Assembly: GCA_963514005.1 (NCBI GenBank)
Contig: OY740800.1
Coordinates: forward strand, 44,826,001-44,890,000
Direction: 5' to 3'
DNA length: 64,000 bases
Source of the DNA: Raja brachyura
Lineage: Eukaryota
The translations under genes were made by a program, and so were the position numbers. The first letter of the stretch is position 1; each line of letters starts with the position of its first letter. Below, piece after piece: positions 38,511 to 51,930 of this stretch. A model generated the notes under the pieces. That model was given only the letters and a program-made list of their open reading frames with translations. It did no database searches and was not told the origin of the DNA.

Positions 38511-40280
38511 GTACAGCAGAAGCTTTGGTTGGACTTGGTGCTCCAGTCTCTGGCACTTCAGAGAGAGCAGTCGTCAAAATCAAGACAGCACTGAAGAAGA
38601 TTTTGAATGATCAGCCATGATCATATTGAATGGCTGTTTTCCTGTGGATACTGAATTAAAACATAGAAAATAGGTGCAGGAGTAGGGGAGTCGAGAACGA
38701 GAGGACATAGGTTTAAGGTGAGGGGAGAAAGATTTAATAGGAACCTGAAGGGCAACTTTGTTCACACAATGGGTGGTGGGTGTAGGAGGTAATTGAGGCA
38801 GGTCCTATCGTAAAGTTTAACAAACATTTAGACGGGTACATAGATAGGATAGGTTTAAAGGAATATGGGCCGAACACGACCAGGTGGGACTAGTGTTGAT
38901 GGGGCATGTAAGTCGGCGTGGGCAAGTTGGGCCAAAGGGCCTGTTCCCATGCTGTGTGACTAGTACTCTGTAAGTGGCCAGGGAAACAGCAGTTTAAATA
39001 AACTTTAAATAGAAGGGAGATGCGTAAATCACTGTATTGTTCTGGCCAGCACCATTACCCAAGTACTGTTGAATTACAGTTTCATTTGTGATTGTGAACT
39101 GGTTCTGGGTTGGAGGTTGATTAGCTCCAAGGAGAAGTTGGAACTTGGATTGTCTGCTGGTAAGTGGAAAGAGAATTCCCAAGTTTCTTTCACAGAGGAT
39201 ACTTGAAGTTAATTCAGGAAACATCATCTGGTTTAAAAAGTCCCTCCATAACTCTAGCTTCTGTAGGGTAGACAGTCAGAACTTTTATCACGGTGTGGAA
39301 ATGTTAAGAACCAGATGGCATAGGTTTGAGGTGAGAGGCAATATTTAAAGCAGATGGTTTTTTTACACAGAGGGTGGTGGGTGCCTGGAATACGCTGCCA
39401 GGGATGGTGGTGGAGGCAGATAAGATAGTGGCATTTTTTTTAAGAGGCTTTTGGGCACATGGATGTGCGGGAAATGGAGGGATACGGGTCACGAGCAGGC
39501 AGAGGAGATCAGTTTAACGTGATGTCATGGTCGGCACAGATGTGGCCATTCTGTACTGTTCTATGTTCTGCGTTCTATTGGACTCCCAACGGATATATAT
39601 ATATTGGGCGAGTCCAGAACCAGGGGCCACAGTCTTAGAATAACAGGGGAAGTCATTTAAGACTGAGGTGAGAAAAAATGTTTTCACCCAGAGAGTTGTG
39701 AATTTGTGGAATTCTCTACCACAGAGGCAGTGGAGGCCAAATCACTGGATGGATTTAAGAGAGAGTTAGATAGAGCTTTAGGGGCTAGTGGAGAAGGCAG
39801 GCACGGGTTATTGATTGGGGACGATCAGCCATGATCACAATGAATGGCGGTGCTGGCTCAAAGCTCGAAGGGCCGTATGGCCTCTTCGTGCACCTATTTT
39901 CTATGTTTCTATAGTCTTGGAAGATCCACTCATAAGTCAGTCATCGGGCCTCACAGATGCAGCTTTAGTTTGAGTTAAGGAGACCTAAATTTAGCAAGAA
40001 AATAATTGAATACGCGGTCCCGCAAACTGGAGGGAACACTGGACAGGTAAACAAATTGTGTAGGAAAGAACTACAGAACCTGGTTTACACTGAAGATAGA
40101 CACAAAATGCTGGAGTAGCTCAGCGGGACGGGCAGCATCTCTGGAGAGAAGGAATGGGTGACGTTTTTCAGTCTGACTTCAGACTTTTCACCGAAACTCT
40201 CACAATTACCCAATTTGCTTTTGGCACCATCTCCGCACTGCGATGATATTATCTAAATTCAATTATGTTATCTTTTCCAG

Positions 40281-40310
40281 CACAAGGACCTGATGATTTT
40301 ATGCTTCCCG
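40281..40310 (+). CDS. HAAF-like exon 2, 30-nt microexon (AQGPDDFMLP)
   Basis: Strong acceptor tcttttccag and donor gtaagt; phase 1-1, no stop. Confidence 0.6.
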
Positions 40311-41023
40311 GTAAGTCACGAGATGACCTATAACCTATTGTACATTAGTTCATTAAAACAAATATGACAGGCATGGACAGAGTAGACTGTCAGAACCTTT
40401 TCCCTGGCTGTCAAATTTCAAAGACTAGATGGCATAGATTTAAGGTGAGAGGGGCAAAGTTTAAAGGAGATGTGCGGGGTATTTTTTTTTACACAGAGGG
40501 TGGTGGGTGCCTGGAACGCGTTGCCAGGGGTGGTGGTGGAGGCACATACAATAGTGGCGTTTAAGAGACGATAGGCACAAGGGCTTGCAGGGATTGGAGG
40601 GATATGGATCGGGTGCAGGCAGATAAATCTGATATTTTGTTGCTCTTAAACACCACTATCGTATCTGCCTCCACTACCACCCTGGCAGCGCGTTCCAGAC
40701 ACCTACCACTCTCTGTGTAAAAACTCTCCTTTAAACTCTTCCCCCTCTCTCCTTAAAGCTATAAAGAACTTGCGTGCACTCGATGCAATAATTTGTGCAT
40801 GTTGGAAAGATCATTTTTCCTGTGTGAATTGGGGACATGGAGAACGTTCCAAATCATAATGTTAACACACCACGCGTACAGCTGCCAAGTTTGCTGGCAA
40901 TGCGGAGACAGATAGGAATGCATGTTTGTGCAGTGAATACAGAAAGAGCGGGTAACAAATCGGCAGGAGTATAATGTGTGATGATCCACCTTGGCAGGGT
41001 GGACTGAGGGAAAAAAAAGACTT

Positions 41024-41327
41024 ATGGGCCTGTCCCACTTTTTTTTAGGCGACTAGGCTGTCACCGGGGTGTCCCCTGTACGGTCGTGAGTCGTCTCCTC
41101 ATTCGCCCAAAGAGTCGTAGCGTCTTTCTGGTCGCCGCTGGATTTTCAACATGTTGAGAAATTTTCGGCGACAGTGGGTTTGGCGCCAATGAGCGCAGCT
41201 TGACGTAGGTGCTGTCGTAGGTTGCCGCCAGGTTAACGTAGGTTCACACCGATGCTGACTCCAGTGAATTCCATTGTGGTATTTGCCGGCAGTCGCCTAA
41301 AACATTGCCTAAGTGGGACAGGCCCAT
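41024..41327. mobile_element. PIF/Harbinger-like MITE
   Basis: Perfect 20-bp inverted ends cttatgggcctgtcccactt (41021-41040) / aagtgggacaggcccataag (41311-41330); TTA/TAA flanks. Confidence 0.75.
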
Positions 41328-42296
41328 AAGTTTAATTGGAGATAGACCAAAGGCTGCTGCTGTTGAAAAGGATCTGGAGAACGTATGCATGAATTCAGAG
41401 AGCTAACAAATTATCACGAAGGCCAATGAAAAACAAGTCCCACCTGCCTGTGTTTGAACATTTCCTATCCGTGTACCTGACCAAATGTCATATGTTTAGA
41501 CATGCAGCACGGATACAGGCCCTTTGGCCCACCAAGTCTGCACCGACAGGCGAACCTCATACATTAACACTACCCTGCACACACTAGGGACAATTTACAT
41601 TTACATTTATACCCAGCCAATTAGCCTATAACCACACAAATGATCTTGGAGAAAACCCACGCAGCTCACGGGGAGAGAACGTACAAACTCCGTACAGACA
41701 GCACCCTTTCTCGGGATCGAACCCGGATCCCTGGCGCTATGAGGCAGCAACTCTACCCCTGTGCCACCGTGCCGTATTTCGACTGTATTGGATGGTTTTG
41801 TATATCATTGTCTAGTCCAGCCCCAGATAGATCCTTTATACTGAGAGCTGACAGATTAGTTATTTCATAAATTCATGTTGCAGAATTAAGCCATTCGGCC
41901 CATCAAGTCTACTCCGCCATTCAATCACGGCTAATCTATCTCTCCCTCTTAACCCCATTCTCTTGCCTTCTCCCAATAACCCCTGACACCCATAGTAATC
42001 AAGAATCTATCTGCAGTATCTCTGCCTTAAAAACATCCATTGACGTGGCCTCCACAGCCTTCTGTGGAATTCATTGCCACAGATTCACCACCCTCTGACT
42101 AAAGAACCTCCTTCCTAAAGGGGCATCCTTTAATTCTGAGGCTATGGCCTCTGGTCCTAGACTCTCCCACTAGTGGAAACATCCTCTCCACATCCACACT
42201 ATCCTTTACTGCAAAGTCCAGCACTGTACCCTGCAATCTGTCTCTCGAAAGACTGCTCCATTTGTATGTCTAGAAGATGACTCTGCTCCATTTCAG

Positions 42297-42375
42297 AAAA
42301 CCGCTGGGTGAATGAGTTTGACGACAAGCTGCTGTACATTTGTCCCACATCTGAAACTATTTCTACAATTTCCAG
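42297..42375 (+). CDS. HAAF-like exon 3 (ENRWVNEFDDKLLYICP...ISTISS)
   Basis: WVNxFD..C-P motif of dermatopontin repeat 1; GTAAG donor. Confidence 0.88.
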
Positions 42376-43643
42376 GTAAGCGACTGAGAAGATTGTTTGC
42401 ACCGTATTCTGGTGGTATTCTGTCATGGAGGGATTGATTTCAGCACATGTAGCGTGCAAATGCTTTCTGCTCGACATAGGTCAGCTGCAGACAAGGGCAG
42501 AGAAATGGCAGATGGAGTTTAATCTGAGCAAGCGCGAGGTGTGTGGGAAGGAACTACACCAAAGATGGACACAAAAAGCTGGCGTAACTCAGCGGGCCAG
42601 GCAGCATCTCTGGAGAGAAGGATTGAGGAACCTTGTGGTCCAAGTTCCCAACTTCCTGAAAGTGGCAACACAAGCAGATAGTGATAGAGAAGGCGTTAAT
42701 GTTTTATGTGTCATACCTAACTGTCACTGTAGGTCATGTTGTCACTTGTTACTTAAGAGGGTTTCAGACAGTAAGTAAGTTTATTGGCCAAGTATTCACA
42801 TACAAGGAATTTGCCTTGGTGCTCCGCCCACAAGTAACAACATGACATACGGTGACAGTTACGAATGACTCGGAAAACACTAAACATTAATAGTAATAAA
42901 ACATTAATGATAAAACACCATTGATCAAGCATGTGAACCAACAAAATACCAGATCAAAGGGAGGCTACAGATTTTTGGCTGTTGAGTAGAGCAACTACTC
43001 GTGGATAAAAACTGTTTTTATGCCTGGCTGAGAATGGAGGGATATGGATCACAAGCAGGCAGAGGAGATTGGTTTAACTTGACGTCATGTTCAACATGGA
43101 TATTGTGGGCCGAAGGGCCTGTTCCTGCTCCGTACTCTTCCATGTTTGGTGTATGCTTGTAAGCCACCTTGTGATATTGCCCCTATGGGGAAGGGACACA
43201 TCAGTCTCGCCCTCATCCCAACAACCCTAGTGTTGGCTCTTTGACACGATATGATAGAACTTTATTTATCCCAGGAGGGAAATGGATCTACCAACAATCA
43301 TAAAAACACAAAATACATGAAACATGAACTTTGGGTGGGTGGGGGGGGGGGGGGGGGGGGGAGTTAGTCTACCCCACAAAAGAAGGGGGAGGAGGGAGGA
43401 CTTGTACAGTTCGATAGCCCCAGGGAAGACGGATCTCCTGTGGCGTTCTGTGCTGCATCTTGTTGGAACCAGTCTGTTGCTGAAGATGCTCCTCAGGTTG
43501 ACCAGTGTGTCACGGAGGGGGTGAGCTGTGTTGTCCAGGATGGTCCGCATATAACAGGTGACATCCTTTAGGTTCCCTCTGCACGGTTGTGGAAGACTTT
43601 CTTTGCGAGTATGGGAGTCAATACCTCTACTTTTACCTTCTTC

Positions 43644-44272
43644 ACGTCTGCAGTTGTACAGGGCCCTAGTGAGACCACACCTGGAGTATTGTGTGCAGTT
43701 TTGGTGCCCTAATTTGAGGAAGGACATTCTTGCTATTGAGGGAGTGAAGCGTAGGTTTACAAGGTTAATTTCCGGGATGGCGGGACTGTCGTATGTGGAG
43801 AGAATGGAGCAGCTGGGCTTGTACACTCTGGAGTTTAGAAGGATGAGAGGGGATCTCATTGAAACATATAAGATTGTTAAGGGCTTGGACACGCTAGAGG
43901 CAGGAAACATGTTCCCGATGTTTGGGGAGTCCTGAACCAAAGTCAAAGTCAAGTCAAAAGAGTTTATTGTCAAGGGCCACAGGGGCCACAGTTTAAGAAT
44001 AAGGAATAAGCCATTTAGAATGGAGACGAGGAAACACATTTTCTCACAGAGAGTGGTGAGTCTGTGGAATTCTCTGCCTCAGATGGCGGTGGAGGCAGGT
44101 TCTCTGGATGCTTTCAAGAGAGAACTAGATAGGGCTCTTAAAAATAGCGCAGTCAAGGGATATGTGGAGAAGGCAGGAACGGGGTACTGATTGGGAATGA
44201 TCAGCCATGATCACATTGAATGGCGGTGCTGGCTCGAAGGGTCAAATGGCCTCCTCCTGCACCTATTGTCTA
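43644..44272 (+). mobile_element. CR1 LINE 3' fragment
   Basis: LYRALVRPHLEYCVQFW...LEFRRMRGDLIETYKI. Confidence 0.9.
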
Positions 44273-44364
44273 TTATTTATGCATATTCTTGTCAACTGAC
44301 AGACCGACACTCAGCTTGCAGGAGTCCCGGAGACTGACCTTGCCTCTTGTGTGTTGTGTTCCAG

Positions 44365-44553
44365 TCAGCATCACAGCTACTACGAGGATCGCATGTGGGA
44401 TTTCCAGTGCCAGAAGACGTTCACGGAGCTGCCCTCCTGCGTCTGGAGCAACTATGTGAATGACTTTGATGAGGAATTCACCTTCACCTGCCCGTTTGAC
44501 TCCGTCATCAGTGGCATGGAGTCCTACCACCTGAACAAGCATGAGGATCGGAG
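44365..44553 (+). CDS. HAAF-like exon 4
   Basis: SQHHSYYEDRMWDFQC...CVWSNYVNDFDEEFTFTCP...ISGMESYHLNKHEDRR. Confidence 0.93.
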
Positions 44554-45930
44554 GTACAATGGCAGCTAATGTTACCTGAGCCAATTAACCCACAGACCTG
44601 GGGGACGGAAACCGCAGACGCTGGTTTCAACCAAAGAGAGACACAAAATGCTGGAGCAACTCAGCGGGACGGGCAGTGTCTCTGTGGAGAAGGAACGGGT
44701 GAAGTCTGAAGAAGGCTCTCGATCCGAAACATCACCCATTCCTTCTCTCCAGAGACAGTGCCTGTCCCGCTGAGTTACTCCAGCATTTTGTGTCTACCTT
44801 TAACTTACAATCCCTGTCCATCTTTACAGTGTGGCATTGCGGTCTGCCCTTGTCTGCATCAGCCTTGCCATCTTGCACGTTCTAAAATTATCGAGTACAC
44901 TGCCTTCCATTCGCTGATTAATGCCTGTTGATAACCTTATTTTGTCATTAGCTGCATTTTTCTAAAGCTCCCCTCCGAGCTTATGCTGTCCATACCATAG
45001 ATTGTTTAGAAGGATGAGGGGGAACCTCATAGAAACTTGCCAAATAGTGAAAGGCCTGGATAGAGTGGATGTGGGGAGGATGTTTCCACTAGTCATAAGG
45101 TCATAAGGGATAGGAGTAGAATTAGGCCATTCGGCCTCATCCGCCATTCAATCATGGCTGATCTATCTCTCCCTCCTAACCCCATTCTCCTGCCTTCTCC
45201 TCATAACCTCTGACACCCGCACCATTCAAGAATCTATCAACCTCTGCCTTAAAAAGACCCACTGACATGGCCTCCACAGCCATCTGTGGCAATGAATCCC
45301 ACAGATTCACCAGGCTCTGACTGAAGAGATTTCTCCTCGTCTCCTTCTTGCTGGAGATGTGATTTTATTCTGGATCGTATCTCCGGTCGCTCTGCGGCCT
45401 AACATCATGAAGTTGGCGGCCTCGCTCGAGACTGACTTTCAGCCTCACCACGGGGTCGTGGACTTACCATCGGAGCCTGCGAGCGATCACCTTGCCTGGG
45501 ATCGACGCTCCAAGCCTGCGGTTTTCACTATCGAGGAGCTCGCAGTCTCGGGTACAGACTGATGTCGGGAAGCTCCAAGCCGCAGGAGGTTCAACCAGCC
45601 CTGACCCGGGGTCTGATCGCCCAGCGCAGGGGAGCTGAGATCCCTCCCCGATCCGGGTGTTTGATCACCCTGTCGCTGTTCTATATTTTATCCCATTGAT
45701 GGTATCCACATTCCCCACTAAACTAACATCCTTGCACTAAACGTTATTCCCTTTATCCCGTATCTGTACACTGTGGACGGCTCGATTGTAATCATGTCTG
45801 GTCTTTCCGCTGGCTGGTTAGCACGCGACAAAAAAGCTTTTCACTGTACCTCGGTACACGTGACACTAAACTGAACTGTTATGTCTTAAAAGATTGTGGC
45901 AGTCACTGTTGCTGTGGTATATTTTGTCAG

Positions 45931-46083
45931 GTGGAAGTTTTACTGCTGTCGTGTGAATAATGTGTGTAACACAACGTGTTTCTGGACCAACTACCTCAAC
46001 CTCTTTGACCAGTACTTCAGCTGGAAGCTCCCTCAGTCCACGTACCTCGTAGGTACCTCCAGCTACCACAACGACCACCATGA
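45931..46083 (+). CDS. HAAF-like exon 5
   Basis: WKFYCC...CFWTNYLNLFD...LVGTSSYHNDHHE; GTGAGT donor. Confidence 0.93.
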
Positions 46084-46616
46084 GTGAGTAACAAGCTGCA
46101 CGCTAACCTTTCTACCTTGCTTCACTGGCAGGCTGGCTGGCTGGCTGGCTGCAGGGTCCACCTCTTTATTGTGCACCTCTTTATAATGGATGTGGGTTAT
46201 AGCGGACGGGTCTACTGGCCTTCACCGCCAGGCCAGGCTACCGACGTCACCCGCAACACACACCCCCGCAACTCGCCCCGCACCCCCCACACGCTCTGAA
46301 CCCCCCCAACACGCACCCCCACACACACCCCGCACCCCAACCCCCACTCCACACCCCCAACACACACCACCCCCCACACCACCAGCCATCCCCCAACCCA
46401 TACCCCACACCCCCAAACCGCACCCCCAGCTTGAGGAGAAGCTGTTCCTGAGTGTGGTGGTGTGCGTTTTCAAGCTTCTGTACCTTCTGCCGGACGGAAG
46501 CAGGGAGAAGAAGGAATGATTGGGGTAGGACAAGTCCCTCGTGGAACGTGCTGCCAGTGGAGGTAGTTGAGGGAGGCGTAACAACAACATCTAAAAGACA
46601 CTTGGACAGGTACATG

Positions 46617-47140
46617 TAGGGTTGCCAACTGTCCCGTATTAGCCGGGACGTCCCGTATTTTGGGCTAAATTGGTTTGTCCCGTATGGGACCACCCTTGTC
46701 CCGTATTTGACCGCTACTACTCGGGTCGAGGGGACCGTCGGGTCGGAGCGCCGCGTCCGGCCCCGCCTCACCCGTCCCGACGTAGTGCAGCCCATGGAGT
46801 GCAGCAGCAGCAGCGCCTCGCCCGTGGCCCCGTCGGTCGGTCGGCAGCCCGGCCAGCTGTCCGACCTTCGGACCTTCGCTGACCGCCAACACCACCACCA
46901 CCCCTCCTTCTCACGGCCGATCTTCGGTTCGTGAGTTGGACGGGGCGCTCAATGTGGCGCGGTCTGGGCCAAAACTCCTCAGCTGGCCCACCGGCTGGGC
47001 TTTGTGTGCAGTCCAGCACCCGGGGCCAACTCATCATTCACCCAGACACGGCCCAGTCGGCCAACGAATTGTCATCGGGAATTTGTCCCATATTTTGGCC
47101 TCTTTTCCCTTATTTGGGAGTGAGAAAGTTGGCGACCCTA
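46617..47140. mobile_element. hAT-like MITE in HAAF-like intron 5
   Basis: TIRs tagggttgccaact / agttggcgacccta; 8-bp TSD ggtacatg/ggaacatg (7/8). Confidence 0.8.
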
Positions 47141-47346
47141 GGAACATGGACAGGAAAGGGTTAGAGGGATATGGGCCAAACGCTGGCTGATGAGACTAGA
47201 TTAATGGGGGCATCTGAGTTGGCGTTTATGTTGGGCCAAGACGCCAGTTTCCGTGCTGTATGACTCTTGGGCTCCTCCACGTATTTTCATCCAAATTATG
47301 TTCTGCCATTTTATCCTGTCGTTCTCTTCTCTTCCCCCATTGCCAG

Positions 47347-47392
47347 GGATCGCCGATGGAAGTACCAGTACTGTGAGCAGCAGGCATGCTGA
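47347..47392 (+). CDS. HAAF-like exon 6 (DRRWKYQYCEQQAC*)
   Basis: Completes the third S-x-H-x-x-x-x-E-D-R-R-W repeat; AATAAA at 47482-47487; total 552 nt, 183 aa. Confidence 0.92.
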
Positions 47393-50300
47393 TCTGATGT
47401 GGGGCAGGCGGAGAAATGGTCTCCCGTATTCAGACCCTTTCTCTCCCTGGCATCGTCGACTTGGAACGTTTCACCCAAAAAAATAAAGTTTTGGACTACA
47501 GAAATATTGGCGGTCTCTGGATCACTTTCACGTGTGAACGAGTTGCACGGGTTAGATTGGCATAGAATTGAGAATGAATAGAATAGAATGCTATTTATTG
47601 TCATTCAAACAAGTTTGAACAAATTTGCATTTTCCACAGTTTTTGTTTTACATTACAAAACAACCCAAGACCCACACTTAACACAGTTTACACAAACATC
47701 CATCACAGTGAATCTCCAACACCTCCTCATTGTGATGGAAGGCAAAGTCTTATCTCTTCCCCCTGTTCTTCACCCACGGTCCAGCAGTCCAACTGCAGCG
47801 TCTAGGCGAACTGGGGCTCCGATGACAGAGCCCCCGGTGGACGATGGTAAGTTCCGTGGCCGCTAACACGCGCCGGGCGATGTTAGGCCCCGCTCCGTGT
47901 CCTTTAAACCCCGTGATTCCAGCAGGAGAAGTTGCCATTGCGGGAGCTCCGAAGAGCCGTCTCCCACCAGGGACCTGGAGCTCCCGATGTTCCTGTCCAC
48001 CGGGCCTGCAGCCGGAGCCTCCGAAGCTCCAAAGTCGGGTCACAGCCGAGCACCACCACAGCTCTCCCCGCTCCAAAGACGGCCAGCTCCGCGATGTCAG
48101 GTCCGCAGGCTCCGCGACTGGAGCCCTCGGGTTGGTCCCGGTTGGAGGCCAACGTCGGCTCCACGATGTTAGGCCCAACGACACCGGAGACCCGACAGGG
48201 AAAAAGTAGGGTCCCCCGTACAGGGAAGAGTATAACGGTTTCCCCCTACATCCCCCCACATATACACAGCTAAAAAATATTAAAAACTAAGTTCAAGACA
48301 AAAATAAAAAAAAAAAGACGGGCGACTGTAGATGAGCCGCTGCCGTTAGGCGCCGCCACTCCCACGCCCACGCCCACTCCCACGCCCACGCTGCATCAGT
48401 CTCTGCTTTACAGGCAGCAGCAGAATGATTCAGTTCAAGTGCCACGGTTTGGGGCATCACGGTGGCGCAGCGGTAGAGTTGCTGCCTCACAGCACCAGAG
48501 ACCCGGCTTTGATCCTAACCATGGCTGCTGTCTGTACGGAGTTTGCGTGTTCTCCGTGGCCTGCGGGGGTTTTCTCCGGGTGCTCCGGTTTCCTTTCATA
48601 CACGCAAGGACGTGCAGGTTTGTAGGTTAATTGGCTTTGGTAAAATTGGCTGCTAATCCCCTATTGTGTGGAGGATAGTGTGAGTGTGAGGGGATCGCTG
48701 GTCGGCACGGACTGGGTGGGCCGAAGGGCCTGTTTCCACGCTGTATCTCTAAATTAAACCAAACTAAAGTAAGTGTGGTAAAGGCAAAATATATTGTTAA
48801 GAATCTGTATCTGAAGTGCAGTCAAAGACGTAATCTTGAGGCTCAAGGAACTGCAGATGCTAGTTTGTAAAATGAGACACAAAGTGCTGGAGTAACTCAG
48901 CGGGTCAGGCAGCATCTCTGGAGAACATGGATGGGTGATGTTTTGGGTCGGGACCCTTCTTCTGACTGATTGTGGTGGGGGGAGTAGCTGGAAGATTGGT
49001 AGGACAGGATAAAGCCTGGGGAGTGATAGGTGGATACATCCAAGCTCTGTCCTGGCCCTCATCTCTTCCAGTTTCCCAAATACAATGTAATTGATGGCAA
49101 GAAGAGTCTACGCTGTAGTGTGGGAATTGCATTAGTTTGGAACTGCTGGGAAAGCAGGCAGCGATTTGATGGGCCAAATGGTCTCCTCCCCCCATCACAG
49201 GATAGGATGACATAAACCGAGAGAGAGACGCGAGGAACTGCAGATGCTGGTATCTTGAGCAAAACCCAATGTGCTGGAGTAACTCGGGCAGCATCAGGGG
49301 AGGGAATGGACAGGCGACGTTTAGGATTGGAACCCGTCCTCGGACCCTTGTCTGTCCATTCCCTCCACAGATGCTGCCTGACCCACTGAGTTCCTCCAGC
49401 ACTTTGTGTTTTATGACACAAACCTAGCACTTTGCAGGAAAATGTAGGCATTTACTCTTACTTAGAAGTTACGGTAAACTTGTGGCATTTTGTTTAGTTT
49501 AGTTTAGACCCACAACGCGGAAACAGGCCATTCGGCCCATCGAGTCTACACCAACCAGCGATCCCAGCACACTAACACTATGCTACACACACTAGGGACA
49601 ATTGTTTTCCACATTTATACCAGGCTAATTAACCTACAGTCCTGTACGTCTTTGGAGTGTGGGAGGAAACCGAAGATCTCGGAGAAAGCCCACGCGGTCA
49701 CGGGGAGAACGTGCAAACTCCGTACAGACAGCGCCCATAGTCAGGATCGAACCCGGGTTTCTGGCGCCATGAGGCAGCAACTCTACCGCTGCGCCACCCA
49801 TCCAATTGTATAATTAGAACATTATGAGTTATAAACACATTCTGAGTTTCTTCATTTAAGAAGTTTAAATTCATAACATAACAATTATTAAACAAAGTGG
49901 GAGATCAAATAAAGGCACAGAAACCAATTAAGATTCGGAGGAGATTAATCCGATACTATCACTCAATGCATTTGATCATTTATTGACACTCGATTGTTGA
50001 AAACCAGTCACTGTGAAAAACTTACCTTCTTTGAATAATGAAGACAATAGCCAGGGTTACATGTGCCAAAACCCAGCCACCGCCAATAACAATGTGACCT
50101 TAAACACGATAGTTCTTGCAGTAGTTGAGTTTTCAGGATAATATTGGGTCTCAAGTATGTGTTCCACTCCCTTCAACCTTGGCTCCATATAATATATTTC
50201 TGCATTAAACGTTCCTCTTGAGGTAGGGTCAGGTCGGGGGGGGGGGGGGGGGGGGTGAGTTCCCCCCGCCACGGGTACCGTGTAACCCCGTGCTCCCTGC

Positions 50301-51509
50301 TCCATGGTCGGATAGTCGGCGACTAAACCGTCTCCCCCACCTGGTTTGCCAGGTGAGGAGGGAGGGGGCTGTGGACCCCCAGCAGGGCCAGCAACAAGAC
50401 CTGCCAAAGGGCGGATGAGCTTCTAGCGAGCCAACGGCCATCCACACTTCAGTAGAGGTTGCGATCGCTGTACATTGCGTACACGGCATTGTAAGGCGCC
50501 GCGCCCGTTGATGTTTTCAACGATGATGATGATGATTAAAGTAGATTTATTTTGAGTGAAACAAATCTAACTCGTTTGTACGCCAGTGAAAAAACGATGA
50601 TCGCCGTTACATGAATGGGTTTGGACGGCACGGTGGCGCAGCGGTAGAGTTGCTGCCTCACAGCGCCAGAGACCCGGGTTCAATCCTGACCACGGGTGCT
50701 GTCTGTACAGACTTTGCACGTTCTCCCCGTGACCTGCGTGGGTTTTCTCCTGGTGCTCCGGTTTCCTCCCACGCTCCAAAGACGTACGGGTTTGCAGGTT
50801 AATTGGCTTGGTATAAATGTAAAAAAAACTATTGTCCCCAGTGTGTGTAGGATAGCGTTAGTGCGTGTGGATTGCTGGTCGCTGCGGACTGGGTGGGCCG
50901 AAGGGCCTGTTTCCGTGCTGGATCTATAAACCTAATTTTTTTTTAAAAACATCGAACAGTCCTGTGCAGAAGCGGGCCCCTGTGGCCCACAAAGCTTGTG
51001 CCGAACATGACGTTAAGTTAAACAGGCCGTATAAAGAAGGGTTTCAGGTCTGAAGAAGGGTTTCGGCCCAAAACGTTGACTCTTTCCTTCGCTCCATAGA
51101 TGCTGCCGCACCCGCTGAGTTTCTCCAGCACTTTTGTTAGGCCTCATATGTCTGTACATGACCCATTTCCATCTATCAACCACACTTCCATGTGCCTATC
51201 TAAGACCATCTTATACGTCACTGTCGTATCTGCCTCCACCCACCTACGTTGGCTAACACGTTCCAGGAACCCACCAAGTTTTGGTGAAAAAAAACATAGC
51301 CCGCACAGCGCGTTTCAACCTCTCACCTCAAAACTACACACTTTAGTCTTTGGCGTTGCCACCGGGGGTAAAAAGGTTCTGACTGTCTACCTTGTCTGTG
51401 TCGCTCATAACGTTACAGGCTTCTATCAGGTCTCCCTCAACCTCCGCTGTTCCAGATAAAACAACCCGGGTCTGGCCAACCAACCTTGAACTGGATTTCC
51501 CAAGTCTAA

Positions 51510-51806
51510 TGGCCCTGTCCCACTGTACGAGTTCATTCAAGAGCTCTCCCGAGTTTAAAAAAAAATTCTAACTCGTGGTAAGCACGTAGTGGGTACGTCA
51601 GAGCTCGGGGACGTCTCTGAGTGGCTCGTGCCGGTAACGGCAGGACCTCGGGAAACGCGGTAAGCACGTGAAGACTCGTGAAGATTTTTCAACATGTTGA
51701 AAAATGTCCACGAGAGCCCCGAGTACCTACCCGCGGCCATTACCGTAAATCTCCGAGTTCGAATCGGGGGAAACTCTTGAATTAGCTTGTACAGTGGGAC
51801 AGCCCC
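51510..51806. mobile_element. Harbinger-like MITE (related fragment at about 33840-34040)
   Basis: TIRs ggccctgtcccactgtac / gtacagtgggacagccc flanked by TAA on both sides. Confidence 0.75.
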
Positions 51807-51930
51807 TAAAAGGGTCTGAATTTAAGTTGTTCAAAGGAATGTTCCTTTCCACAGACGGAGTTGCACGGGGGCGCAGCGATAGAGTCGCTGTCTCAGCGCC
51901 ACAGACCCAGGTTCAATCCTCACTACGGGT

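Noticed and set aside
42274-42296. Alternative upstream acceptor for HAAF-like exon 3
   Set aside because: Adds 23 nt and breaks the frame; the acceptor ending at 42296 fits the phase
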